Source: Longimicrobiales bacterium
GTDB lineage: Bacteria; Gemmatimonadota; Gemmatimonadetes; Longimicrobiales; Gaopeijiaceae
Assembly (NCBI GenBank): GCA_965204735.1
Contig: OZ242008.1
Span: 3,904,001 to 3,968,000 of the forward strand
Length of the DNA: 64,000 nt
Reading direction: 5' to 3'
Positions within the stretch are counted from its first letter, which is position 1. Each line of letters starts with the position of its first letter. Below are positions 18,995-29,049 of the stretch, piece after piece. The notes beneath the pieces were generated by a model. That model saw only the letters and a list, made by a program, of their open reading frames with translations, was not told where the DNA came from and made no database searches. A program made the translations under genes and the position numbers.

Positions 18995-20403
18995 CCCCCG
19001 CGCCGACGGGCGCCGGCGACCCACGGCACCGGCGACCCTACCGCGACGTCATGGAGCTGGTGGGCTGGACGCCCCTGGTCCGGCTGAACCGGGTGACCTC
19101 CGGCGTCCGCACCCCCGTCTTCGGCAAGGCCGAGTTCATGAACCCGGGGGGCTCGGTGAAGGACCGGATCGGGCTGGCGATGATCGAGGCCGCCGAGGAG
19201 GCCGGCTTGCTGGCGCCCGGCGGCACGATCGTCGAAGGGACCAGCGGCAACACGGGACTGGCCCTGGCGATGGCGGCCTCGTCCCGGGGGTACAGGTGCG
19301 TCTTCACCATGCCCGACAAGATGAGCCTGGAGAAGGTGAAGCTGCTGCGCGCGTTCGGAGCGGAGGTGGTGATCACGCCGACCGCGGTGCCGCCGGACCA
19401 CCCGGACCACTACGTCAACCGCGCCAAGTCGATCGCCGATTCCACCTCGGGCGCCTTCCTGGCCGACCAGTTCTGCAACCAGGCCAACCCGGAGGCCCAC
19501 TACCGGACAACGGGACCCGAGGTGTGGGAGCAGACCGACGGCGCCGTGACCCACTTCTTCGCAGGGGCGGGCACCGGAGGCACGATCTCGGGGACGGGCC
19601 GGTACCTGAAGGAGCGCAACCCGTCGGTGCAGGTGGTGGGAGTGGATCCGGTGGGCTCGGTGATCTCGGAGTACTTCGCCACCGGGAAGGCGGGGCAGGG
19701 CGCCCCGTACAAGGTCGAGGGGCTGGGAAACGACAAGATCCCCGGCACGCTGGACGTGGAGTGCGTGGACGAGTACGTCACCGTGGGCGACGGCGAGGCC
19801 TTCCGCATGGCCCGCCGCCTCGTGGTGGAGGAAGGATTGTTCGTGGGCGGCTCCAGCGGGCTGATCGTCCACGCCGCGCTGGAGGCCGCCCGCCGGATCG
19901 ACGACCCGGACGCGTGCGTCGTGGCCGTGCTCTGCGACTGGGGCGAGCGCTACCTGACCAAGCAGTTCGACGACGAGTGGATGCGCAACAACGGCTTCCT
20001 GGAGCGGCGCCGGTCCACCGTGGCCCAGATGGTCGCGTCGAAGCCCGACCGTCTTCCGGGCCTGGTGGCCGCCGCCCCGGAAACGCCGGTCCGCATGGCG
20101 ATCTCGACTCTCTCCTCCCACAACGTGTCGCAGCTTCCGGTGGTCGTCGGCGGCGAGTGCGTCGGCAGCGTCGCCGAGCGGGAGCTCATGACCCGAGTGC
20201 TCGAGAACCCGCAGGCGCTGGACGCGACCGTGGAGTCGGTGATGGAAGCACCGTACCCTGCGGTGGACCAGGACGCCGACTCGGAGGCGGCAGTTCGGCT
20301 GCTCACGGGCGGGGCCCAGGCGGTGCTGATCCGGTCGCGCGGCGAGATCGGCGGCATCCTGACGAGGCACGACCTGGTGCGGGCTCTGGCGGCAGGGACG
20401 TGA
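18991..20403 (+). CDS. cbs: Cystathionine beta-synthase / cysteine synthase family enzyme with C-terminal CBS pair
   Basis: NPGGSVKDR, TSGNTG, GAGTGGT and EGLG, followed by a C-terminal Bateman module (SQLPVV...GILTRHDL). Confidence 0.88.
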   Translation: MTPAPTGAGDPRHRRPYRDVMELVGWTPLVRLNRVTSGVRTPVFGKAEFMNPGGSVKDRIGLAMIEAAEEAGLLAPGGTIVEGTSGNTGLALAMAASSRGYRCVFTMPDKMSLEKVKLLRAFGAEVVITPTAVPPDHPDHYVNRAKSIADSTSGAFLADQFCNQANPEAHYRTTGPEVWEQTDGAVTHFFAGAGTGGTISGTGRYLKERNPSVQVVGVDPVGSVISEYFATGKAGQGAPYKVEGLGNDKIPGTLDVECVDEYVTVGDGEAFRMARRLVVEEGLFVGGSSGLIVHAALEAARRIDDPDACVVAVLCDWGERYLTKQFDDEWMRNNGFLERRRSTVAQMVASKPDRLPGLVAAAPETPVRMAISTLSSHNVSQLPVVVGGECVGSVAERELMTRVLENPQALDATVESVMEAPYPAVDQDADSEAAVRLLTGGAQAVLIRSRGEIGGILTRHDLVRALAAGT

Positions 20404-21587
20404 GCCCGCTCCGCGTCGCCGTGCTCATGGGAGGCAGCTCCGAGGAGCGGGGCGTCTCGCTGGCGAGCGGGTGCGAAGTGGCGGCGGCGCTGCGCTCGGC
20501 CGGGCATCGCGTGACGGCGATCGACTCGGCGGTCGGGCCGATCCCGCGCGAGCGCGAACAGCGAATCCTGGAATCCGGGATCGGCAGGGCGGAGGACGAT
20601 GCGGGGTTCGGGTCCGACGAGGGCGGCGGCGGGAAAGCGCACGGCGGTCGGGCGCTCCCCGAAGCCCGGGTGATCGCCTCCGAGCCGGCCCTGAGGGAGG
20701 CCGACGTGGCGTTCCTGGCACTCCACGGCGGCGCCGGCGAGGACGGGAGGGTCCAGACGCTTCTCGGGGCTGCCGGGATCCCCTACGCCGGCAGCGGACC
20801 GGTCGGCTGCGCGCTGTCCATGGACAAGGACCTGACCAAGCGGCTGCTTAGGGACGAAGGGATCGCCACCCCAGCCTGGGCGGCGGGCGGACCGGGCGGA
20901 CCCGGCAAGCCCGGCGAGTCCGGCGAGTCCGGCGACTCCAGAGGGGGCCGGCCGGGCCGGTCGCGACGCTTGGACGGCCGACCCGATGCCGCGGCGGTCG
21001 TCGACGCGCTGGGCCTTCCGCTGATCGTCAAGCCGGTCTCCGGCGGATCGTCGGTGAGGCTGACGCTGGCCCGGTCCGTCGAGGAGGTGTCGGAAGCGGC
21101 CGAGGAAGCGGCGGGCGGCGGCGACGCGGTCATGTACGAAGCGTACGTCGAGGGGCGGGAGTTCACCGTAGGCGTCTTGGAGGAGGAAGCGCTGCCGGTG
21201 ATCGAGATCGAGCCACAGCACGAGCTCTTCGACTTCGACTGCAAGTACGTGGACGGGATGGCCCGCGAGACGGTGCCCGCGGAGATCTCCCAGGAGTTGT
21301 CCGCCAACCTCCGCGCCCTTGCCCGGACCGTGCACTTGCTGCTGCGCCTGGAGCACTTCTCGCGAGTCGACTTCATGGTGGACGCACGCGGGAAGGTCTG
21401 GTGCCTGGAGGCCAACGCGCTCCCCGGCCTCACCCGCAACAGCTTGGTGCCGAAAGCGGCACGGGCGGCCGGGATCGCGTTCCCCGACTTTTGCGAACGG
21501 ATCTGTCGGCTGGGGCGGAGCCGGCGTCCGTCGAATCCCGTTCCCCGAGAGTCGGCGCGTGGGGTCGAGACGCCCGCGGGCGCGTAG
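20400..21587 (+). CDS. ddl: D-alanine--D-alanine ligase
   Basis: GGSSEERGVSLASG, ALHGGAGEDG, MDK, VKPVSGGSS, FDFDCKY, RVDF and EANALPG. Confidence 0.93.
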   Translation: MSPLRVAVLMGGSSEERGVSLASGCEVAAALRSAGHRVTAIDSAVGPIPREREQRILESGIGRAEDDAGFGSDEGGGGKAHGGRALPEARVIASEPALREADVAFLALHGGAGEDGRVQTLLGAAGIPYAGSGPVGCALSMDKDLTKRLLRDEGIATPAWAAGGPGGPGKPGESGESGDSRGGRPGRSRRLDGRPDAAAVVDALGLPLIVKPVSGGSSVRLTLARSVEEVSEAAEEAAGGGDAVMYEAYVEGREFTVGVLEEEALPVIEIEPQHELFDFDCKYVDGMARETVPAEISQELSANLRALARTVHLLLRLEHFSRVDFMVDARGKVWCLEANALPGLTRNSLVPKAARAAGIAFPDFCERICRLGRSRRPSNPVPRESARGVETPAGA

Positions 21588-21618
21588 CCGTCGCTTGCGC
21601 AGACGCTCCGTTCAGCAG

Positions 21619-23064
21619 GTGGCCGACCAAGTTCGGCAAGGGAAGGACAGCGCAAGGCTGCACGCAGAGGACGCGATTCGGCGTCACGAGGCCAGCGCTC
21701 TGGGCGCGTACGTCTGCTTCGACGCAGAGGGAGCGCTGGAGCAGGCCGACCGGATCGACGCGGCGGTGGCGAGGGGGGAGGACCCCGGTCGCCTGGCTGG
21801 AGTCACCGTCTCCGTCAAGGACCTGTACGGCGTCGAAGGGCTTCCCGTCCGCGCCGGCACCAAGAGGGAGCTTCCCCCGAAGTGGCGCCGGGAAGGCTTC
21901 CTCGTGCGGTCGCTGCGCGCGCTGGGAGCGGTGATCGTCGGGAAGACCCATACGGTGGAGCTGGCCTTTGGGGGCGTAGGGTTGAACCCCAACACGGGCA
22001 CGCCCGTGAACCCATGGGACGCCGAGGAAAGCCGGGCGCCCGGCGGGTCCTCGTCGGGGGCGGGCGCGAGTCTGTGGGAAGGGTCGGCCCGAATCGCCGT
22101 GGGAAGCGACACCGGCGGCTCCGTGCGCATCCCGGCGTCGGCGACCGGGGTCGTGGGCCACCGTCAGACCACGGGCAGGTGGCCGACGACCGGCGTCTTC
22201 CCGTTGAGCAGCACCATGGACACGGTGGGACTCCTGACCCGCACTGCCGAGGACTCGCTTTACGCCTTCAAGGCGATCGACCGGCTGGCGCCGGGGGCGG
22301 CAGGCTCGAGCGGCAGGGCGACCAGCAGCGCGAGCGGCTCGGCTTGCAGGCCAGCTGTCCCGGGGGCCGGAGCGACGCCCTCGCGGCCCGCCGATGCGAC
22401 GGGACTTCGGATCGGAGTGCTCGCCGGCTCGTACACCTGGGACGACGCCCAGCCCGACGTTGCGGACGTGGTGCATGCCGCGCTGGCCGAGCTCGAAGCG
22501 GCCGGCGCGGTCGTTCGGGACATCGCAATGCCCGAGTGGGACGAGGCGGGCCTCGCCTACCTCTCCGGCGGACTCGTGCCGCCCGAGTGCATCGAGTTCC
22601 TGGAGCGGGAGATGCCGGAGTGGCCCGACGCCTTGGACCCGACCGTCGGCAAGCGGCTGGAGGCGGCCCGCGACACCCCGGCCGTCGAGTACGTAAGGAT
22701 CTTGCGGCTTCGACGACGACTCGCCGCCAGCATCCACGCCCGGATGGACGAGGAGGGCGTGGACCTCCTGGCCACGCCGACCGTTCCCGTCACGCCCCCG
22801 ACGCTGGCCGAGCTGGCGCAGCTTGACCGGTACCGCGAAGTCAACCGGCAGATGCTGTCGGCAACGGGTCCTGCGGGAATGCTGGAGATGTGCGCCGTCA
22901 GCTTGCCCGCCGGGCTCGACAACAGCAGAATGCCCGTCGGCCTCCAGCTGGTCGGGCGTTCGGGAACCGACGTGGAGCTTCTCCAGCGGGCGGTCGTGGC
23001 CGAACAGCTCCTGGGCGCTGGCGCAGAGCGGCTGGGAACGCCGCCCGTGCTGGTCTCCTGCTAG
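21619..23064 (+). CDS. Amidase signature family enzyme
   Basis: Catalytic K (SVKD), GGSSSG and GSDTGGSVRIPAS. Start uncertain. Confidence 0.88.
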   Translation: MADQVRQGKDSARLHAEDAIRRHEASALGAYVCFDAEGALEQADRIDAAVARGEDPGRLAGVTVSVKDLYGVEGLPVRAGTKRELPPKWRREGFLVRSLRALGAVIVGKTHTVELAFGGVGLNPNTGTPVNPWDAEESRAPGGSSSGAGASLWEGSARIAVGSDTGGSVRIPASATGVVGHRQTTGRWPTTGVFPLSSTMDTVGLLTRTAEDSLYAFKAIDRLAPGAAGSSGRATSSASGSACRPAVPGAGATPSRPADATGLRIGVLAGSYTWDDAQPDVADVVHAALAELEAAGAVVRDIAMPEWDEAGLAYLSGGLVPPECIEFLEREMPEWPDALDPTVGKRLEAARDTPAVEYVRILRLRRRLAASIHARMDEEGVDLLATPTVPVTPPTLAELAQLDRYREVNRQMLSATGPAGMLEMCAVSLPAGLDNSRMPVGLQLVGRSGTDVELLQRAVVAEQLLGAGAERLGTPPVLVSC

Positions 23065-23180
23065 ACTGGACGGCCAGGCAGCCGCGGCCGGGACATCGCA
23101 GCTCGCAAAGTGGGACATTTGGGGCAAGGCAAATCTGAACCCGACACTTCCGATGCGCCGAGGCGGAGGAGGAAGAGGAG

Positions 23181-24617
23181 ATGGACCGCACCGCGCTCCG
23201 GGCCGGCGTCCTCGCGGCAAGTGCGGCGACGCTCGCCCTGTTCGCGGGCGTGCCGGTTGCGGCGGCAAGGGCGCAGCAACCGGCGTCGGCGACTCTCTGC
23301 CGCGTGCAGCGCGTCGGAGGCGAGCCGGCCGCCGGAGAGGCCGACCTGCTCTCGCCGCCGCCTGCGTACGACAGCTACGGCGACGAGCGGCTGGCCGCCT
23401 TGATCGAGGAGGGGTTGGCGAGAAACCCGCAGGTTCGGGCGGCTTGGTCGGCATGGCAGACGTCGCGCCATCGCGTGGCCCAGGCGACGTCCCGTCCCGA
23501 TCCGATGCTCATGCTGACCCAGCACGTCCAACCGCCGGAGACGCGGGTGGGTCCCCAGATTGCGATGCTCTCGGTCCGCCAGCGCCTTCCGGGCTTCGGG
23601 AAGCTCGATCTGCGGGGCCGGGTGGCGGCTTCGGCTGCGGTCGAGCAGGGCGAACTGCACAAGGCCCAGCGCGCCGACCTCGTCCGCTTGGTCAAGGGCG
23701 CTTGGTACGACTTGGCGCTCGTCGACCGGGCGCTGGCGATCAACCGGGAGAGCGAGGCGCTGTTGGAGCGCTACGAGGCCGTGGCGCGAGCCCGGTACGC
23801 GCAGGGGTTCGGGCTGCAGGCCGACGTCGTGCGCATGCAGGCCGAGTACACGCGCGCGCTGAGCCGGCGGGACGACCTGGAGCGGCAGAGGATCGACGCC
23901 GAAGCGACGCTCAACTCCCTGCTCGCGCGCCCCGTCGGGGAAGCTCACGCCGTCGTCGAGCCGCTCCGCCTTCCCCCGGCGCCCGCCGGCGCCGACTCCC
24001 TTGCCGCCGCCGGAGTGCGCGCGCGCCCTGAACTCCGAGCCGCGCTCAGGCGCGTCGAGACCAGGGAACACGCCGCCGCGCTGGCCCGGCGGGCGCGCTG
24101 GCCCGACTTCGACGTGGGCGTCGCGTGGGGCGCGCTGCTCGGCAGGGACGACCCGGCGGGGCGGGCCATGCCGCCGCCCGACAACGGCCGGGACGTCTTC
24201 AGCGTGACCGCGGGCATCAACTTGCCGGTCTTCGGAGAACGCTACGAAGCCGGTGTCCGCGAAGCCTCCGAGTCGCTCGCGCAGGCGTGCGCGCAGTACG
24301 AGGGCGCGGTGAACGAGATGGAGCGGGCCGTGCGGTCCACGTTGGCCAAGATACTCTCCGTGAAGCGCCAGCTGGCTCTCTTCGAGGACGCTCTGCTGCC
24401 TCAGACCGAGCAGGCGCTGCACTCCACCGAGGCCGCGTACTCGACGGGCACGGCGGGCGCCCTCGACCTTCTGGACGGCGAGCGCAGGCTGCAGGACGTC
24501 CGGCTCGGGCTTGCGCGCCTTGCGACCGAATACATGAAGGCGCTGGCCGATCTCGAGCGCGCCGTGGGCGCAGCCGTGGTCGGACGGGACGCCTCGTCCG
24601 AAGGGGACGGATCATGA
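23181..24617 (+). CDS. TolC-family outer membrane efflux protein (CusC-like)
   Basis: Signal peptide, NPQVRAA, QRLPGFGKL, RPELRAA, GINLPVF and ADLERAVG. Strong GGAGG RBS; first gene of the RND operon. Confidence 0.88.
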   Translation: MDRTALRAGVLAASAATLALFAGVPVAAARAQQPASATLCRVQRVGGEPAAGEADLLSPPPAYDSYGDERLAALIEEGLARNPQVRAAWSAWQTSRHRVAQATSRPDPMLMLTQHVQPPETRVGPQIAMLSVRQRLPGFGKLDLRGRVAASAAVEQGELHKAQRADLVRLVKGAWYDLALVDRALAINRESEALLERYEAVARARYAQGFGLQADVVRMQAEYTRALSRRDDLERQRIDAEATLNSLLARPVGEAHAVVEPLRLPPAPAGADSLAAAGVRARPELRAALRRVETREHAAALARRARWPDFDVGVAWGALLGRDDPAGRAMPPPDNGRDVFSVTAGINLPVFGERYEAGVREASESLAQACAQYEGAVNEMERAVRSTLAKILSVKRQLALFEDALLPQTEQALHSTEAAYSTGTAGALDLLDGERRLQDVRLGLARLATEYMKALADLERAVGAAVVGRDASSEGDGS

Positions 24618-25927
24618 ACTACGTGCGCAGGCGATGGATCGCCGGGCTCGCGACCGTCGTCGCCCTCCTGGCCGCCGCGGTCGTCTGGGATCCGATGGGC
24701 TGGACCTCGGACCAAGCCGACGAAGCCGACGGCCAGCTCTACACCTGCGCCATGCACCCCCACGTCCTGCTGCACGGCCCCGGCGTCTGCCCCATATGCG
24801 GCATGGACCTCGTTCCGGTCGAGCCGGACCCGTCTGCCCACGAGCACGACCCGGCCCCCGCCTCGGCCGACGACTCGCTCGGGTCGCCGGTCTCCGTGCA
24901 CGTCGATCCGGCGTTCCTGCAGAGCTTTGGCGTGCGCACCGAAGTCGTGGGCAAGGGCTCGCTGGACCTGGAGATTCGCACGGTCGGCTACCTTGCCCAC
25001 GACGACGAAGCCGTCTTCTCGGTCAACACCAAGTTCGGCGGATGGATCGAACAAGCCCACGTGGCGACAGTCGGCGAGCGCGTGTCCAAGGGAGACGTGC
25101 TCTTCGAGATCTACAGCCCGGAGCTCGTCACCTCTCAATGGGACTACATCTCGGCGATCGAGTACGCGGAACGGCTGCGGGAACGAGGCGCCCACGACGA
25201 CGCCGTGCGCCAAGCCGAATCGCTCGCGGCGGCGGCCCGGGAGCGCCTGCGGTCGTGGGACATGACGCCGCGTCAGATCGAGGCGCTGGAGACGACGCGG
25301 GAACCCAGCCGAACCGTCGAGTTCGTGTCGCCGGTTTCCGGCTTTCTCGTGGAGAAGACGGGCGATTCGCTGGAGGGGCTGCGGCTCTCTCCGGGCATGA
25401 CCGTCCTCAAGTTCGCGGACCATCACACGCTCTGGGTCGAAGCCGAGTTCTTCGAGCACGACGTGCGCCACCTTCGGGAGGACCAGCAGGTCGTCGTCAC
25501 CATCGACGCCTTCCCGCAGCGCCAATGGGACGGAACGATCCTCTTCTTCCGGCCCGCCATGAACCCGGCCACGCGCACGCTGACGGCGTTCGTCAAGGTT
25601 GACAACAGCGACCTGCTCCTTCGCCCCAAGATGTTCGCCAACGTCGTTGCGCGGACTCCGGCAGCGGCCGACGCCGTCCTGGTCCCGTCGGACGCCGTGC
25701 TGCGCGCGGGCGGGCGGTCGATCGTGATCGTTGCCGAGGGCGGCGGGCGCTTCACGCCTCGCGAGGTCCGCCTGGGACTCTCGGCCGCCGGGCGGCAGCA
25801 GATCCTCAAAGGGTTGGCCGAAGGCGAGACGATCGTCACCACGTCCCAGTTCCTCTTCGACTCGGAAAGCAACTTGCGGGCCGCGATCGCCCGGCTCGCC
25901 GCCGAAGCTCCGAACGACCGGCCTTGA
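24614..25927 (+). CDS. cusB: CusB-like periplasmic adaptor with heavy-metal-binding domain
   Basis: YTCAMHP...CPICGMDLVP, GWIEQ, IYSPEL, LRPKMFA and SQFLFDSES. Confidence 0.88.
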   Translation: MNYVRRRWIAGLATVVALLAAAVVWDPMGWTSDQADEADGQLYTCAMHPHVLLHGPGVCPICGMDLVPVEPDPSAHEHDPAPASADDSLGSPVSVHVDPAFLQSFGVRTEVVGKGSLDLEIRTVGYLAHDDEAVFSVNTKFGGWIEQAHVATVGERVSKGDVLFEIYSPELVTSQWDYISAIEYAERLRERGAHDDAVRQAESLAAAARERLRSWDMTPRQIEALETTREPSRTVEFVSPVSGFLVEKTGDSLEGLRLSPGMTVLKFADHHTLWVEAEFFEHDVRHLREDQQVVVTIDAFPQRQWDGTILFFRPAMNPATRTLTAFVKVDNSDLLLRPKMFANVVARTPAAADAVLVPSDAVLRAGGRSIVIVAEGGGRFTPREVRLGLSAAGRQQILKGLAEGETIVTTSQFLFDSESNLRAAIARLAAEAPNDRP

Positions 25928-28900
25928 ACCGAATCGTCGACTGGTCGCTCGCCAATCGGCCGATCGTCCTGCTGGGAGCGCTGGTGCTGATGGTGTCCGG
26001 CGGCGCCACCTTGTCGCAGCACTCGATGGACGCCGTTCCCGACATGTCGGACGTGCAGGTCGTCGTCCTCACCGAGTACCCCGGCCAGGCGCCGCGGATC
26101 GTCGAGGACCAGGTCACCTACCCCCTGACGACCCGGCTGCTATCGGTGCCCGGCGCCCGCGACGTGCGCGCCTACTCCTTCTTCGGCCGCTCGCTGGCGT
26201 ACGTGGTCTTCGAAGACGGCACCGACCTCTACTGGGCACGAAGCCGCGTGCTGGAGTCGCTGAGCACGGCCACGGCCACGCTGCCCGCCGGGGTCTCGCC
26301 GACGCTGGGCCCCGACGCGACCGGCGTGGGATGGGCGTTCGTCTACGGACTCAAGTCGGACCGCCACGACCTGGGCGAGCTCCGCTCGCTTCAGGACTGG
26401 TACCTCAAGTACGAGCTGGGCGCCGTGCCAGGGGTGGCCGAAGTGGCCAGCGTGGGCGGGTTCGCGCGCCAGTACCAAGTCACGATGGACCCGAACCGTC
26501 TGCGGGCGTACGGCGTGACGCCCCAGCGGATCGCGGAAGCAGTGCGCCGGAGCAACACCGACACGGGCGGGCGTCTGCTGGAGATCGCCGGCAAGGAGTT
26601 CATGATCCGCGGCCGGGGCTACATCCAGTCGCCCGATGAGATCGGCAAGATCATCCTGGGAGTAAACCCCAACGGCACGCCGCTGCTGCTGGAGAGCGTG
26701 GCCCGAGTGGCGGTCGGCCCGGACATCAGGCGGGGCGTGGCGGAGTGGGACGGGGAGGGCGAGATCGTCGGCGGGATCGTGGTGGTGCGCTACGGCGCCG
26801 ACACTCGCGAAGTCGTGCGGGCGGTGAAGGCCCGGCTCGAGGAAGTCGAGCCCCAGCTCCCCGAGGGCGTCGAAGTCGTGGTCGGGTACGACCGCACCGG
26901 CCTGATCGACGACGCCGCGAGCAACCTGCGCAACGCCTTGCTCCAGCAGTTCCTGATCGTCGGCGCCGTGTGCCTGGTGTTCCTCCTTCACGTGGGCAGC
27001 GGGCTGGTGGCCGTGGCGTCGCTCCCGGCAGGCTTCTTCGTCGCCTGCATCGTCACCGACTGGATGGGCGTGCAGCTGAACATCATGTCGCTGGGCGGCG
27101 TGGCCGTGGCCGTCGGAACGATGGTGGACGCGGCGATCGTGATGGTCGAGAACGCCCACCGCCACTTGGCTCGCAAGCGGGACGAGCAGCCCCACTGGCA
27201 GGTCATCGGCGCCTCCTGCCGGGAGATCGCGCCGGCGCTCTTCGCGTCGCTGCTTGTGATCACGGTGTCGTTTCTGCCCGTGTTCATGCTGGACGAACAG
27301 CAGGGCCGCCTCTTTCGGCCGCTTGCGATCACCAAGACCGCGGTGATGGCGTCCGCGGCCGTTCTCTCCCTCACCCTCGTTCCCGTGCTCGTGGGCTACT
27401 TGGTGCGAGGTCGAATTCGGCCCGATCGCCTGAACCCCGCCCGCAACCTCCTGGCGCGGCTCTACTCGCCGCTGCTTCGGCGCGCGCTGCGCACTCCGGC
27501 GCTGGTCCTGGGCGCCATGGTCGTGCTGCTGGGCGCGTCGGCCGTCGCGTACAAGCGTCTCGGTTCCGAGTTCATGCCGCCCCTGTGGGAAGGCGACCTG
27601 CTGTACATGCCGACGACGATGCCCGGCATCTCCGTCACCGAGGCGCGCGACCTTCTGCAGCGCACCGACCGGATCATCAAGACCTTCCCGGAAGTGGACC
27701 ACGTCTTCGGCAAGGTGGGCCGCGCGGAAACGGCCACGGACCCGGCGCCGCTGTCGATGATCGAGACCACGATCCTCCTCAAGCCGCGGGACGAGTGGCG
27801 GAGGGGAATGACCCGCGAGCGCCTCCTGGCCGAGCTCGATCGCGCGGTGCAGGTTCCCGGCCTCACCAACGCCTGGACGATGCCCATCAAGACCCGCATC
27901 GACATGCTGTCCACGGGCATCAAGACGCCGGTGGGCGTGAAGATCGCGGGGCCGGACTTGGCGGTCCTCGAGCGACTGGGCCAGGAAGTCGAACGGGCGG
28001 TGCGCGACCTGCCGGGCACGTCGAGCGCCTACGCCGAACGGGTCATGGGCGGCAACTACCTGGACATCACGATCGACCGCGACGCAATTGCGCGCTACGG
28101 CCTGACCGTGGAGGAAGTGCAGTGGACGATCGGCGCGGCGATCGGCGGGATGCAGGTCACGACGACCGTGGAAGGGTTGCAGCGCTACCCTGTCTACCTT
28201 CGCTACGAACGCGAGTTTCGGAACGACCTGCCGGCTCTGCAGAGCGTGCTCGTGCCGACGCCAACGGGCACGCAGGTTCCATTGGGGCAGTTGGCGACGA
28301 TGGAGTTCGTCGTGGGGCCGCCGGTCATCAAGAGCGAGAACGCGCGCCCCAATGCATGGGTGTACATCGACATCGCCACGTCGGACCTCGGGGGCTACGT
28401 GGAGACCGCGCGTCGCGCCGTCGAAGCCAGCGTCGACGTCCCGCCCGGCTACTCCATCGCTTGGAGCGGCCAGTACGAATCGATGCAGCGGGCGGAGCGG
28501 CGCCTGCGCTTCATCATCCCGCTCACCGTGGTCGTGATCTTCGGCGTGATCAGCCTCAACACCAAGTCCTTCGCCAAGACCGGCGCGATCCTCCTGGGAA
28601 CGCCCTTCGCCCTGAGCGGCTCGTTCCTCCTGCTGCACTTTCTCGGGTACAACTTGAGCGTGGCCGTGTGGGTGGGACTGATCGCCGTCGCCGGGCTGTA
28701 CGCCGAGACCGCGATCGTGTTCATGCTCTACCTCGACATCGCCTACGCCGACGCCCTGGCCGAGGGCAAGATGAACGACCGGCGGGACTTGGTGCGGGCG
28801 GTCTGCAACGGCGCCGTCTCCCGCGTGCGCCCCATCGTCATGACGGTGGCCACCGACGTGATCGGCCTCGCCCCCATCATGCTCAACGACGGGGCCGGCG

Positions 28901-29049
28901 CCGACATGATGAAGCGCATCGCGACCCCCTTGTTCGGCGGCGTCGCCACCTCCGCCCTCGTCGTCCTGGTCGTTTTCCCGACCCTCTTCTTCCTGCACAG
29001 GCGCCGCAACCTTCCCGGCGGTCCCGCTCCCGACGGCCCCGATCAGTGA
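25924..29049 (+). CDS. cusA: CusA-family Cu(I)/Ag(I) RND transporter
   Basis: DAVPDMSDVQV, LGPDATGVGW, VDAAIVMVEN, and a Met triad equivalent to CusA (LYMP, PLSMIET, IDMLSTG). Confidence 0.93.
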   Translation: MNRIVDWSLANRPIVLLGALVLMVSGGATLSQHSMDAVPDMSDVQVVVLTEYPGQAPRIVEDQVTYPLTTRLLSVPGARDVRAYSFFGRSLAYVVFEDGTDLYWARSRVLESLSTATATLPAGVSPTLGPDATGVGWAFVYGLKSDRHDLGELRSLQDWYLKYELGAVPGVAEVASVGGFARQYQVTMDPNRLRAYGVTPQRIAEAVRRSNTDTGGRLLEIAGKEFMIRGRGYIQSPDEIGKIILGVNPNGTPLLLESVARVAVGPDIRRGVAEWDGEGEIVGGIVVVRYGADTREVVRAVKARLEEVEPQLPEGVEVVVGYDRTGLIDDAASNLRNALLQQFLIVGAVCLVFLLHVGSGLVAVASLPAGFFVACIVTDWMGVQLNIMSLGGVAVAVGTMVDAAIVMVENAHRHLARKRDEQPHWQVIGASCREIAPALFASLLVITVSFLPVFMLDEQQGRLFRPLAITKTAVMASAAVLSLTLVPVLVGYLVRGRIRPDRLNPARNLLARLYSPLLRRALRTPALVLGAMVVLLGASAVAYKRLGSEFMPPLWEGDLLYMPTTMPGISVTEARDLLQRTDRIIKTFPEVDHVFGKVGRAETATDPAPLSMIETTILLKPRDEWRRGMTRERLLAELDRAVQVPGLTNAWTMPIKTRIDMLSTGIKTPVGVKIAGPDLAVLERLGQEVERAVRDLPGTSSAYAERVMGGNYLDITIDRDAIARYGLTVEEVQWTIGAAIGGMQVTTTVEGLQRYPVYLRYEREFRNDLPALQSVLVPTPTGTQVPLGQLATMEFVVGPPVIKSENARPNAWVYIDIATSDLGGYVETARRAVEASVDVPPGYSIAWSGQYESMQRAERRLRFIIPLTVVVIFGVISLNTKSFAKTGAILLGTPFALSGSFLLLHFLGYNLSVAVWVGLIAVAGLYAETAIVFMLYLDIAYADALAEGKMNDRRDLVRAVCNGAVSRVRPIVMTVATDVIGLAPIMLNDGAGADMMKRIATPLFGGVATSALVVLVVFPTLFFLHRRRNLPGGPAPDGPDQ

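Noticed and set aside
20400..21587. ddl as a Van-type D-Ala-D-Lac ligase
   Set aside because: The omega loop has KY as in D-Ala-D-Ala ligases, and no van genes are nearby.
21619..23064. Amidase as gatA
   Set aside because: No gatB/gatC, and it lacks GatA-typical DEFAMGS and RYDG motifs.
26745..29045. N-terminal half of the 1536-aa ORF, and similar long 5' extensions (1052, 3010, 6148, 15653, 19296, 55635, 62895)
   Set aside because: Alternate-frame overlap with upstream genes. Real starts are downstream, mostly at start/stop overlaps.
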